From: Balanoglossus misakiensis
Taxonomy: Eukaryota; Animalia; Hemichordata
NCBI GenBank assembly: GCA_040954595.2
Contig: CM082594.2
Coordinates: forward strand, 7,385,573-7,449,572
Direction of reading: 5' to 3'
Length of the DNA stretch: 64,000 nt
Below are positions 49,317 to 62,270 of this stretch, one piece after another; within the stretch, counting starts at the first letter, position 1; the number at the start of each line of letters is the position of its first letter. The notes beneath the pieces were generated by a model that saw only the letters and a program-made list of their open reading frames with translations, had not been told where the DNA came from and made no database searches. The position numbers were made by a program, and so were the translations under genes.

Positions 49317-51493
49317 GATTCAACATCATACTTTCATTCTTGTAATAGAGAAATCAATCTATCTTACAGCTCTGTTTCTTGGTAACTCCGATCCACCACA
49401 CCGCCATCATATATCAGGCATAACACCAGGAAGCGGTATTCAAATAAAACTACATTACTTTTTTTATTACAGACAATGACACAAAAGTATCAACTTTTAG
49501 GAGCCGCATCAGCTTAGTCAATAAACGCAGAGTATTTCCGCCTATTTCATTTTACAAGTCGTCATCTCACAACGTTACTTTCAAATTCCACTACACTTCT
49601 CTTACATTGCGTAATAACAAGTGTATGCACATGATCTATTTAGTTGATGTATATTTCAATAGGAAGAGTTATATTAAAACCTAAAATTAGCATATGTGGT
49701 GAAACGACATAGACATGTGGTTATTCAAGTCGAGTCTTTTACATTTAGACCTCTAAGCGTTGGTTTGCCAACATTACTTCAAACTCAGAATCGATATTGT
49801 GGTACAAGAAGATTCCATTTCCCGAATCGAACTTTCACAATAGCTCTGTAAGTAAAATTGGCGATGCAAGGGAAAGCGAAAACTGCAGACAAGTGTCACG
49901 CCACTCTCAAGCTGAGGGATCAGATCCGTTCAAGGGCTGTAGATTGGAAAATGGGCCAGTACAGCGAGAATTTATCCTGAGCCGAAAATAAGCGCTCGAG
50001 ATTGAAATGGGTTGCCTTTTGTAGGTGACCGATAAACTGTACTAGTTTTCAGTGCCATTTAAAAATACTTTTCTTGCCGAAGGGCATCTATCGCGCGGGG
50101 AATATTCAGTGTAAAAATTCAGAAGGACTTGACGGCATGACGTCAGCAACATGGCTGACGTGTACCTCACAGGTGAGATTTTAACCAGAATACTGAAACG
50201 TAACACCTCAGACGATCGCTTTACAAGTACCATGCGCACATAGCCTTTCAAGAAAACATTTTTCTTTTTTTCTTTTCCCAAGAGGGTGATGATGGAGTCG
50301 GCGGGTCGCGTAGATATCTCAGAATTTAACCAGATTTAGATTAAAGATTTAAACGCTATTAAAACGCTTTCTAAAATTTATAAAGCCCCTAATCCTACCT
50401 TTGTGGTATTCCGCGTGACACGAATCTGTTACCCGATCCAACTAATCCAAAATGTTTTATGATATCGAAAAACAGAAAACGAATATTAATGTTGAAATAT
50501 AGTCTCATTCGAGTAGATTTTGCTAGGGACAATTTTTGTCCTATTTTTCATTTCTCGCGCCTTTTCTGGGCGACTACAGGTGAGTGATGTTCCGATGGTT
50601 GCCATGATGTCAACCCGGAGGGGTCACAGTAGCGCCACGGTGTCTGAAACTCGTGGACCGGTATTTTGATCGGTAAATTTATTATTCTGCCAGTTGCACA
50701 CTGTGGCCTACAACGCGGTGATGCTCCCAGTCGATTTGAAGTTCAGCGACCCCGTGTTTAGCATGTATGTTGTGGGCACATGCAAAGATTTCGAATTAAT
50801 TGCAACATATTTTCAACCCGTCTTACACGTATAATGCAGTTCCACCAGGAACCCTCAAGAACCGATCCCGGACAAGAAATCGATTCGTATCCGTTCATTC
50901 TAAAACACACTCACGTCACCGGCAATTTCTATTCCAGCAAAGGCTTATTGATTTTTGCAGATTTTCTTTATTGAAAATATTTATTGTTATGGATAATTCA
51001 CCTTTAAAGTTCCGAAAATAATAGCAATTTATTTCAAAGACCGCATGCTCCTGTAACACAGCAATACTCGCCGCCTGAATGGCTTACTATACTGTACATT
51101 CTGTGTCGTGTGCCGACATTTGCCAGGAATCGATTCTTGTCTTCAAATATGCGGGATTAAAGTTACACAAAACTGTTTGCCTCTGAAACAAAATTAAGAT
51201 CGGTGTCTGTGAGCCGCAACATTGATGCGAACTTTGCGCACATATTTGGGGAGCCACATTTCAAAGACATTTCTTGTTTAGCACCCAGATGTACTTTTTG
51301 GCCCGTGACCACGATAACTCTTTTGTTGTAGCCGTGACCTGATGATGACGGATTGTAGGATAAGGCTGATGCGTTTCAGCCCTACCATACATAATTTCGC
51401 TGAGAAATTTCGGGGGATTTGGTCTGCTCAATGTCAGTGCCATGTTCTATACAATGACATCCGTGGTTGACCTTGAATTAGTTACATACATAC

Positions 51494-51494
<1 letters not shown>

Positions 51495-51524
<30 letters not shown>

Positions 51525-51525
51525 G
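51495..51525 (+). repeat. (CAGA)n microsatellite with a degenerate tail to about 51610
   Basis: About 7.75 perfect units, directly visible. Confidence 0.9.
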
Positions 51526-53002
51526 GCAGGCGGGCCGACTAACAGACATCAGCACAGACCGACAGGTGGGCAACCGGGCAGATAGACAGAAGGCGCACGA
51601 CAGACTGCAGGAACCCGGACTGACAAAATGACAAAAAGACGACGTTGACAAACAAGCACACAACCCATGGAATGTATTTATGAATAAAAAACCCAGAGAA
51701 ACCAAAACAGAACGACAAACAATTATTTCTGGGTTATCTGATTCTAAATCTTCGCCTGTACTCTGCCAAATGGAACCACCTTGACACACAAAGGCGCCAG
51801 CCTGAGCTGACTCAGAGCCCTCAGAGACATCTCAGTGGAGTCCCGTTGACTGACGCAGCCACCGGATGATATCCCCCCCCCCCCCCCAAAAAAATGATCC
51901 TTATCAACGTTTTCACCTCGACAGCTTCTAATAATTAATGTGCCCCAGTTACCAAAATATGGCTATCAGTAATGAAATAAAATATACACCAAGGAGACCG
52001 AGGCGCGCTGGCCAGAATTAAAGGCCCAAATATTGTAATATAATCAGACGCCAACGGGGGTATTTCAACGCCCTCTTAAAATGCCACGTTGAGCTAAATT
52101 ATCTTCCTAAGGTAAATTTGACTTCGGGGGAAGTCTGTTAGAAGATGGCTTTCCGAGATCAGACACGTGTCTCGTGTATTATTATATGGTATGTCCGGAT
52201 TTGGGGTCTTATATTTAAGACCGAGTACCTGGGGACCTTTGGTCGACCACAAGCAGAGCTTTCTGCTGTTTTACATCAATTATTCCGCGATTTATGCCGA
52301 GATGTCTACGGCTTGCTCTGAAAATGATGGGGGTAGATTATTTCAATAGGGCTATATGACTGCCCACCGTGACGACAACGTGCAGCAGAATCGGTGTAAT
52401 CCCATTGACACACTGTATGAGAGACTGGCACCAACTTCAAAGAACTTTTTTATGACAGTCACAGTAACTGGCTTATTGTAGACGTAATTTTTGTAATATC
52501 TCGAAATAAGGTAAAGGAAAAATCGAACACCTTAGAGATGTTTCAGTGAATCTAAGAACATATTTTTATACTTCATCACTTTATTGCACTTCCTAACCAA
52601 TCGAGACAGTAGTCCGTTCTGCAAGTATGAGAGCGAAACCGACCGTCCTTGTTTACTCTATACAAGCGCATGCGCTGAACGGAACAAAATAACAACACCA
52701 CCTGTGCTGATTACAAGATAATACATGTAATAACAAAAAACAGGGAGTCTCCTTCGGGCGGAATCCCAGAGTTCATCACCAACTGCAATTAATTCGATTC
52801 CGGGTGTAAAGGTCACTTTGTGAATTGTAGCTCATTTCTGTCCTAACAACGGCCAGTGTCAATAATTTAAAGAATGCTAAAAGCAAGCATCAAATATAGA
52901 TTTGCCCGTACATGGCAATTAGTTTCAACGATCTGAATCGACGATACAACGGACCACTTACTGTCTTCCCAGTGTGGTCTATATAACGACCGACGTTGAT
53001 TT

Positions 53003-53610
53003 CTATGGAAAGCCACAGCTGTCTTAAGTCCATTGTTACCATTATACGACGCTTATACATCATTATACAATGTGCATACATCATTATACGCTGCTTGTGC
53101 AACGTTATACGATGTGAATACATCATTATACATTGCCCATACATCATTATACGACGCTCATACATCTTTATACAATGTGCATACATCATTATACGCTGCT
53201 TGTGCATCGTTATACGCTGTGAATACACCATTATACATTGCCCATACATCATTATACGACGCTCATACATCTTTATACAATGTGTATACATCATTATACA
53301 ATGTGCATATATCATTAATGATGTGCATACATCATTATACGCTGCTTGTGCATCATTATACGCTGTGGATACATCATTATACGCTGCCCATACAGAATCA
53401 TACGACGCTTATGCATCATTATACGACGCTTATACATCATTATACGCTGCTTGTGCATCATTATACGCTGTGCATACATCATTATGCGTCGCTCATTCAC
53501 CATGATACTATGCCCATTCAACATACGGTGCGCGTTTGGCTTTATACTATGCCGACATGTCATTATGATATGCTATTCCTAACCCCAATTCCGTCAAAGA
53601 GGGCGCACTT
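53003..53610 (+). repeat. Left inverted arm: unique tip, 21-bp minisatellite (core CATCATTATAC), ~120-bp unique inner segment
   Basis: 7-aa periodicity in all translated frames; inner segment ends ...GTCAAAGAGGGCGCACTT at 53610. Confidence 0.93.
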
Positions 53611-53969
53611 ATACACATGACGGTACTGAAGTAAGACTTGGATTCGGTTTTGGTTTCGAGAGACTGAAAGTACATGTAGTTAAGCATTTTCGGGCGACCA
53701 TCGCGGTTTGGCATCTGCAGTACGAGTATGAAAATAAGTTTTTATAACTCTGTAAAAATATGAATATATTTGATCAAACTCTTTCGACATGTTATGTATA
53801 ATATTTTTGGCACCAAATCACAGTTTTTGCACATCAGAAATTGTTTAATACATATTTTATCATCGAGAAACATACTTCGATGATAAAAAGATATAATTTT
53901 GAAATTTTCGGCTTGAATAAACATTTTTTGGGTGAGAAAAATGTCATACATAACAAGTAGAGATTAAAT

Positions 53970-55212
53970 TAAAGCTGCAAGCAGCGTTGGCGGGGCACAA
54001 GCGGTTCCCATGGTAACCAGCAAATGCCAAGGCTGTATCTGCTGTGGATACCAAGATATGGGAAAGTAAGTCAAAAGTCACCTGAGGTCACCCCATATTT
54101 GCGCAAAAATATTGGACCTCATACTAGTCTGCGTCCAACAAAAACCAGACCCGTAGCCCTATTGGTTCGCCTAGAATTAGGTATGCACATAATTAATGAA
54201 GTCTTCTGTAAGACTCCATTGTGCTCAATCCCCCCAAAAGCCAGGGCTCTAACTGCTGCGGCTGCTGAGATATGGGAAATTAGATCAAAGGTCACCCAAG
54301 GTCACCCAAAATTTGGGCATAAAATGTTGACCCCATAGTGGACCATGTCCAACAAACACACGACCTCTAGCCCTATTGGTTAGCCTGGAATAAGATATGC
54401 AGAAAAATAATGTTTCAGAAATAGGTCAAAGGTCATTGCTAAAATTCCCAAAATATTTGTGTCATGTCCTGGTAGCAGTGGTACCCATGTCCACAAATTT
54501 CATGACTGTGGTGCTGTTGCAAGAGGAGGTACAAGGCATATGCATATATAATTAGTTGTTTTAAAACTGGGTCAAAGGTCATGGGAAAATTGGACCCCCC
54601 CCCCCACCAAAAAAAAAAATAATAATAATAATAATAATTGTGACAAGTTCCGGTCATATGATGACTCATATCCACAAAAAGATTTTCCGTGCTGTCATCA
54701 TTTTGGCTACAAAACGGAATTTTCATTTTTCAATGGTTTTCCGAAAATCCAATATGGCCGCCATAACGATAGACCAATCACAGTGCGCTTCGCATACTAT
54801 ATAGACATAGGTTAGGTGACCACATACCCCGAATCCCGTGACTCGGCAATCGCTGGTTCTGGAGGAGAAGATTTTTTAAAGTTTTAAGTAGTTTTTCAGA
54901 AAAACAATTGTAGCAAACAACCTGCAACTTTGACAGCATAATTTCCAATTACAAAAATGATGGACAAAAGGTAGTCTACCTGCACGCCAAATTTAAAGGT
55001 GATCAGACTTGTAGTTTCTGAGATCTGAGATTTGCATTTTTTCACGAAATCCAATAAGGCCGCCAGGTCACGTGACTAATTAAATATTCACAAGCCACTG
55101 CACATCTACTCATTGACCTTGACCACTGTTGCAAGTTTGAGAAGTGTACCTGCAGTAGTTTCAGAGATCTAGTTGGCCGAAGATTGACAGGAGAATAAAG
55201 AAAGAAAAACCC
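53970..55212 (+). repeat. Probable fragment of a second interspersed repeat carried in the foldback spacer
   Basis: Starts TAAAGCTGCAAGCAGCG. Has diverged internal duplications (GATATGGGAAA..TCAAA.GTCACC..AGGTCACCC at ~54055 and ~54269; TAGCCCTATTGGTT at ~54153 and ~54368; AATCCAATA.GGCCGCC at ~54746 and ~55048), GGTCAAAGGTCA words and an (AAT)n tract. Family not determinable here. Confidence 0.5.
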
Positions 55213-55215
55213 GAA

Positions 55216-56034
55216 AAGTGCGCCCTCTTTGACGGAATTGCGGTTAGGCATAGCATATCATAATGACATGTCTGCATAGTATAAAGCCAAACGCGCACCG
55301 TATGTTGAACGGGCATAGTATCATGGTGAATGAGCGACATATAATGATGAAGGGACAGCGTATAATGATGAAGGGACAGCGTATAATGATGTAGACACAG
55401 CGTATAATGATGTATGCACAGCGTATAATGCTGTATACACATTGTATAAAGATGTATGGGCAGCGTATAATGATGTATGGGCAATGTATAATGATGTATT
55501 CACAGCGTATAACGATGCACAAGCAGCGTATAATGATGTATGCACATTGTATAAAGATGTATGAGCGTCGTATAATGATGTATGGGCAATGTATAATGGT
55601 GTATTCACAGCGTATAACGATGCACAAGCAGCGTATAATGATGTATGCACATTGTATAAAGATGTATGAGCGTCGTATAATGATGTATGGGCAATGTATA
55701 ATGGTGTATTCACAGCGTATAACGATGCACAAGCAGCGTATAATGATGTATGCACATTGTATAAAGATGTATGAGCGTCGTATAATGATGTATTGGCAAT
55801 GTATAATGGTGTATTCACAGCGTATAACGATGCACAAGCAGCGTATAATGATGTATGCACATTGTATAAAGATGTATGAGCGTCGTATAATGATGTATGG
55901 GCAATGTATAATGATGTATTCACATCGTATAACGTTGCACAAGCAGCGTATAATGATGTATGCACATTGTATAATGATGTATAAGCGTCGTATAATGGTA
56001 ACAATGGACTTAAGACAGCTGTGGCTTTCCATAG
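55216..56034 (-). repeat. Right inverted arm: 21-bp minisatellite organised as 105-bp higher-order repeats
   Basis: Reverse complement of the left arm but 211 bp longer (about two 105-bp units); the 35-aa periodicity is visible in ORFs 55244-56044 and 55407-56066. Confidence 0.93.
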
Positions 56035-59000
56035 ATTTCCGCACAGCGCCGACTGTCTGGTGCTAAAACGCTGTCGCCATGGCGACGATTTCTCCAGATT
56101 ATCTTCTTGTTATTCGCGCATTGTTTATCTGTTGGCAGTCGCGTAAAGCGGGAGGTTTGAGGCAAATTTGTTTTGATGTATCGATCACAAATTAATACCG
56201 CCGCCGCGACGCTCGTACCGGGGAAACAGAGCCAGCGATGTTCTGTGTTCTCTCCCCGGATTAATTAGTAGTTTTTCTCGGTTTCCCCGCGATTGAGGAG
56301 GACCAGTGAGACGCCAGTGACTCGGACCGCCGTCTGCTGGCTCGCATTAAAACCCACCGAATGATCTGCGGTTGTCGAAATCCCGCCGACATCACTTCGT
56401 TACTATAGGCCTACACCCCCCCCCCCCTTCCCCACCAACCCCGCCCATCAAATTCTGGCCGATATCAGATATGATGTATTTGAATCACTGGGAGACACAG
56501 GTGTTTGTCCCGGTCGAAATATTATTGACGATGTATGTCCTTTCTCTATGACAGATCTCTGGTTTCTAAACACACTTTTGGCCCTTCTGAAGTCACGGTT
56601 AGCTGGGAGTTGTTCATTGACAACCACTTGGCAACATCCACGAACTTTCGTTGGAGAATGAAACTTTCGATTCCTCGACCGAATTTCCTTAAAAACTGCA
56701 CGTTTGACCACGGAGCCTTCAGGAAAAGTTATTGCGGTTCACACATGTATGTATGTATACTCACGTATAAGTAAGTTCGGTACGGACATACATACATACA
56801 GTGTGACTAATTTTCCTGTAGGCCCACTGTTCACGAGACATTTCCTGAACAGGTGAAGAAGACTTTTCACAACGCCTCCATGTGACGCAAAGCATCAAAA
56901 AGCCTGAAATCTGAAAATTGTTCGTGTTATTTCTCGTCAATCACAGGAAACAGTCACAATTCATTCTGTGTCCACACCATTCCGTTTTGACGCCTCAATT
57001 TAAAGCCTTACAAGTTTATTCGACAGAAATTCTAATTAGTCACACGTTTCCATCAATATAATGTAAATATCTGGCATTCGCAGACAAAGGACATTTCGCT
57101 CAATGACAGTTTCGCCATCCACAGAAGCCCTAGAAATACAATGTAATACAGCATGCCAATGTACTCCAATTTCCTATTTCATATTACATCTGAAGGTCGT
57201 ACGGGTATGATATATAAAGATCAAGAAAATGGATTGCTAAACGTTTTGCACGACCTCTTTCTTGTGTATTTACTGCAAAAGCAATTGCGAGACATATCTA
57301 CGTACAAATTTGCCAATTCTGGGGTATTTACCTGTTGGATATATATTTTTAAGATGGCATGTATTAATATCATCATGTGACAAATCCAGGCCGTGAGTTC
57401 TTATAAACATTTTAAATCCACACTCATCTATAGCTTCTTTTAAAAATCTTCTGTCCCCCCCCCCAGCAATCGCTAGAATGGAGGCTTGATTCTAAACTCT
57501 GATGCAGACAACGAGACGCACTCGACTAACCAAATCTGGACTCTTGACTCAACACAAACGGCGCATCAAATAGATAACGGGCCACTTCGAGAGAAACCTC
57601 GTTCCAATTTGCCCCAAATCGTAAATTTTTCAACGGAAGTGTGACGCGAAAGTGCGAAAACGTTCGGGCGAAACCTGAAATGGCGGTCTTTAAAAAGGTA
57701 AGACGTTTGTTTCTTGAGGGCAAGATCATCTCAAAACAATACAATGCATGCATTATTTAGCTACCCACTTCAAACGTTCTCGTTACCGGCTTTTGAAAAA
57801 CCTCTGTAACAGATTAACCATTGTTGAATAGCACGCCGAGAGAGTCAAACGCTAGACACTTGAAACACTCGAGAACCGACGTGTTGATTTCGGCGTCACC
57901 GAAACCCGGACAAATTCCAAACCGTATTCGGGCCATTTTGGATGGCGATTGTTCTCCATGCCTCGCTAAGTGCCCGCGATCAATAAAAACCGAACCAAAT
58001 GTCTCTGGAAAAAAACGGTCGCCATTTCCGCGATCAAGACTCGGCGTTGCACGGCGTATAGATGGAAGCGATCACAATGGCATTATTTCTGTCTGGTGCA
58101 TCCTAACGTCTTTAATAATGCATACAAACGTCTCGTCTTGTACACCGGGATGGCGTTAGCCCTGGGCATTGTCCGGCGAAATAGACAAACACGTCACTTC
58201 TCAATCGACGCTGCTGTCACTTGGACGAGACTCCAAGTCTACGCCAGAAGTTCCGCGAATAGCCGCGGGCGTTTCTTGCTTATCCTTTAATATTAATAGC
58301 CTTTTCCCGACTCCGATCTTTTTTGTTTTCCCTCTAAATTTTACACTGGCGTCGATATACTTGACATTTACTCGTTAGAATCATTGAGCTTGTACTGGCA
58401 ATTTCAAACAACCAACTAATACCACCAAAGATTTAAATAATACTCAGTTAAAAATATACATGGATGTAAATATGGAAATAGGCAAAATTCAACCTGCAAC
58501 ATCCAACGTGCCTTCCATACACCTCATTATTACAACTATACCAATCTACCTATCGTTAGAAAAAAATGCTCAATATAACTACAGTCACTATTGATATATG
58601 CCTTAATAACAATAATTCATAAAATATGCATCAATCGGCTTGCTGTCACGTGGTTCCAAACCCCTTCTGTGTTTTTTATCAAAATCCCTGCAACCGTATA
58701 GTCAGTCGGTCCCATCACTGAATAATTCATTAAATATTCAAAAAGCCAATCGCCGGGCCACGCCCACACAAAATTAGCATACACATGTAATATATGGAAC
58801 GTTGTTCAGGATTGTGACGGAAAATAAAAATCTCAGAGCATTATAATTGTCTTATTTTTCAGCCAAACTACAAAATCTTTGGTTGTTCAACTTAATCGTG
58901 CTATTTTCAGCGTAAATCAGAAAAAAGTACATGCATGTACATTGGGTTTGCTAACTTCCGAAATATAGTATCTTGAGACTTGCACCTCCATCATGTTTCA

Positions 59001-62000
59001 TGGTGGAGGCTCGGTCGCTTTGGGTATATGATCATATTGATATATGTTCTGGTTAAAGTACAAATGTACACATCAGTTGCCATCAGAATCCATCGTTTAA
59101 TCCGGTAAATCAACATTTGTGCACGATATATACCGATTCCCATTCTCTCGCATTTCGCAACATACGGTGCCGACGTTTCCATTCAAGTAGACAATATGGC
59201 GGGCGCATCATATCATCATGCACCTGAATACATTGTCGCCTCGCTCCTCGCAAGAGTACTAGACCAACAGATTCGGATAAACGAATCACAGATCTCTTTC
59301 ACAAAACATACCAAAACCTAATGAGAGGGGAATTTTCAGAGAAACTTTGACGAATCTTTCTGTTTTGTGACTCATCTCCTAATTACGTGCATGGGAAACT
59401 ATCGGGCACTTTTCTACCGTATGGGCAGGGATTTAAATGATCTGGGGAAAATGCCTTGATTTTTATCGCTCACAACAACAGTCCTCAGTCGAAATTAATT
59501 ACTGAATCGGGAAAGGAAAATATTTTTGCCGATATTGGGGGTTAAGTGCGTGATATTTCCAGAGCAGACGTATTCTGTACCTTTCGCGCCATTTCCGCTG
59601 TGACGCCAGCGCACAATGGCGCTTCAACATGTCATTGTACCTGTCGTTCCCCCACAAAAAAAGTTTTAAATTATGCCTAGAAGCAGCGTTCGCTGTTGGT
59701 ATTCCGCTATTTAATGTAATTTTCTACTCGGATATCAAACAGAATATGGGTAAGTCATGTGAACCGGTACAGCCTAAAACTTCCTAATTTACCAGCCCAT
59801 CGGATTTTTTGTTTTGTTTCAGAGCTTGTATAAACGTTTCGGAGACTATTAGCAGCCACTGTGACGCGTATACATCAAACATGACATTATTAATGACAAA
59901 AATGGATTATAATGCATCATTTTGACTCAGAATTTTGTCTCCATATGATACTGAGACGACAAACAGGACGGAGCCAAGATGGCTGGCAGACTAGCAAAGG
60001 TATATGAAACGCGGTATGTGAACCACTTTGTGGACTAATTGAAGCACAATTTCCCCAGATTTGAAAATGCTAATAGCGAATGGCATCACGATTTGCTCTG
60101 ATCACGTGACCAGACACACCTTGCAATTAAACAGAGACTCGAGACAAATTTTCAGGAGACCGAAATATCAATTTTGAGTTATGTCTCTTCTGTACAAAAC
60201 AATAATGGGTTGTCAAAATATACACACAAAACATAAATGAATTGGCATACACAGGAAATTGTCGCCTGTTGCGATCGCAACGTTGAATCCAAAACGCACG
60301 AGAGAGTACATGGCGGCGAAATTATATATGAACGACAATTTGTGGTAGACCTAAAAACTTCTCAAGCGCGTCTACTGCTAACCAAGTCCCGTCAAAATTG
60401 CCCTTTATTTTGACGAACTTTATTTGTTGGTCTATATTGTCCAACTTTTGTGACACTGTTTATTTCAAATATGAAATGACTCTATATTTCATTTAAAAAA
60501 TACCAGCAGCATTATGAGCTGGAGTTCGAGGTACATGTAGGCCTACTAGTATGTGGTCTAGAATAATCTAAGCGGATGTCTGTTCTTTCGCTTAATATAA
60601 TTGACATAGCTACTTGTAACATCTTGATAATTTTGTGTTCTTGAAAAGGTTAAACTCAAGCTGGTATATTAGCCGCTCCGTTTGGGACATTTATTGGAGC
60701 AATTTTCTTTAACATTTAAACTTTCGATAGGAATGTTTGGGGCCTGATGGAAACTATATACGTCAATATTTGAAGAAGCGATCGGTGAAGTAGACGCAAG
60801 CATCCAGTGATATTGCCACGCTGTCGCCATCATTTGTCTGGTATCGTTAAACGCAGACATGAGAACCCATCGGCGAAAACATCGTGTGGGAACGCGACGT
60901 CACTAACGGGCGGGCCTCCTGATGTTTCGCGGTGCGCCGCCGACTTTGCGCCGGCGCTTGGAGTCGTCAAGTCACGGCAACGTTTGGTCTCCCCGGTGCC
61001 GGCTTCACTTGGCTGGCAGTGTTGAGACACCACGGAGTCTTGCACGAGTGCTAGTACGCCAAAGCACGCAAGTCCGACAGACATGCAGACATGCAGCGCC
61101 GGGCAAACGGCTAGCGGAAGCGAGAAGGAGCTCTCTCCTCCCTCTAAGTGTAATTACTCTAAATTCCACTTATCCATAGCCCCGGTTAAGTACCAGGACT
61201 TTTATCTCGGATAGACTCTTTCCAGTATTGCCAATATGTATGTGACAACCAAACAAACATAATATCTAGACTTAAAAGGACGGCCCGGTGGAGCCACGGC
61301 CATGTCTTTTTCATCAGATATCGAAGTTTAAGCGATATCAACTAAATGTGTCATCGAAGGCAAGAGACAGTCTCTCCCTATGATCAATTAAGTGGGACCC
61401 GACTAAGTGCCATCGCTTGCGTGAGAAAATGGATTTTCAGTTAAACTTTTCCCAGTGTCAGGAAACATTCACCATTACGGACATAAATGAAACTCGAGAT
61501 ATTCGCCCCCGGCGCGAAATAAGACAATATTGCTCAAATTTGCCAACAAGGACTATTATTAATATTTTTACAGTATTTCCCCCATTAATTTTTTATGCCG
61601 AATGCCTGCGTATTACCAGCCCAGCCCCCCTTCTATTTCAGGTTAAGGGAGTGTACAGGAAAATTTATAACCTTGGGGAGGGCTGGGGTGGAGTATACAT
61701 TAGAAAATTAATTATTGACTGCATCGACCGCTATTCAGCAAAACCACCAGAGAAAGCGTGAAGCACTTCTGTATAGCCGCGTATATAATCGTCAATCGAA
61801 GTTCAAGGTCACGTGTCTGATGACCGGCTTATCCTATATGCCGAGTTGTCAGCCGCAATTTACAGTGATCGATGCCAAGGCGCGACAGGGCAGAAGTAGC
61901 TACAAAATTAAGTGTGTTCGCTGTTAATTCTCGGCTCGTCCTTTCTGCATTATCGGAAATTCGGCTATTAGCGTGGATTGGGCGGCATTGAACGATTAAA

Positions 62001-62165
62001 GCGAGTCCTATTTTGACTAAATCGGTGTGGACACACCCCGAGGGTTATCTGTGCACGCGTTTGTCGCATTCGACGATAGCGAACCTTTAATTTTTTTCAT
62101 CGTTGCTCGTACTACAGTGCCTATACCGGCACCAAAGCGGAGACAATCGTTGTTAACCCCACCTG

Positions 62166-62213
<48 letters not shown>

Positions 62214-62270
62214 TTTCTTTCTTTCTTTCTTTCTTTTTTTCTTTCTTTCTTCTTTCTTTCTTTCTTTCTT
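62166..62270 (+). repeat. (CTTT)n microsatellite, imperfect
   Basis: Directly visible ~105-bp pure pyrimidine tract. Confidence 0.95.

Larger units (their letters stand above)
53003..56034. mobile_element. Non-autonomous foldback-type DNA transposon (3032 bp) with long inverted arms and a 4-bp target duplication
   Basis: Ends CTATGGAAAGCCACAGCTGTCTTAAGTCCATTGTTACC ... GGTAACAATGGACTTAAGACAGCTGTGGCTTTCCATAG are exact inverted copies. ATTT flanks both sides (52999-53002 and 56035-56038). No transposase ORF. Confidence 0.85.

Noticed and set aside
52890-56066. Long Y/I/C/H/M-rich ORFs up to 266 aa
   Set aside because: Open in several frames on both strands because the 21-bp repeat lacks stops; artefacts of the minisatellite.
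57526-58378. CpG-rich stretch with overlapping ORFs, possible transposon or promoter
   Set aside because: No termini, TSD or protein similarity could be established by eye.
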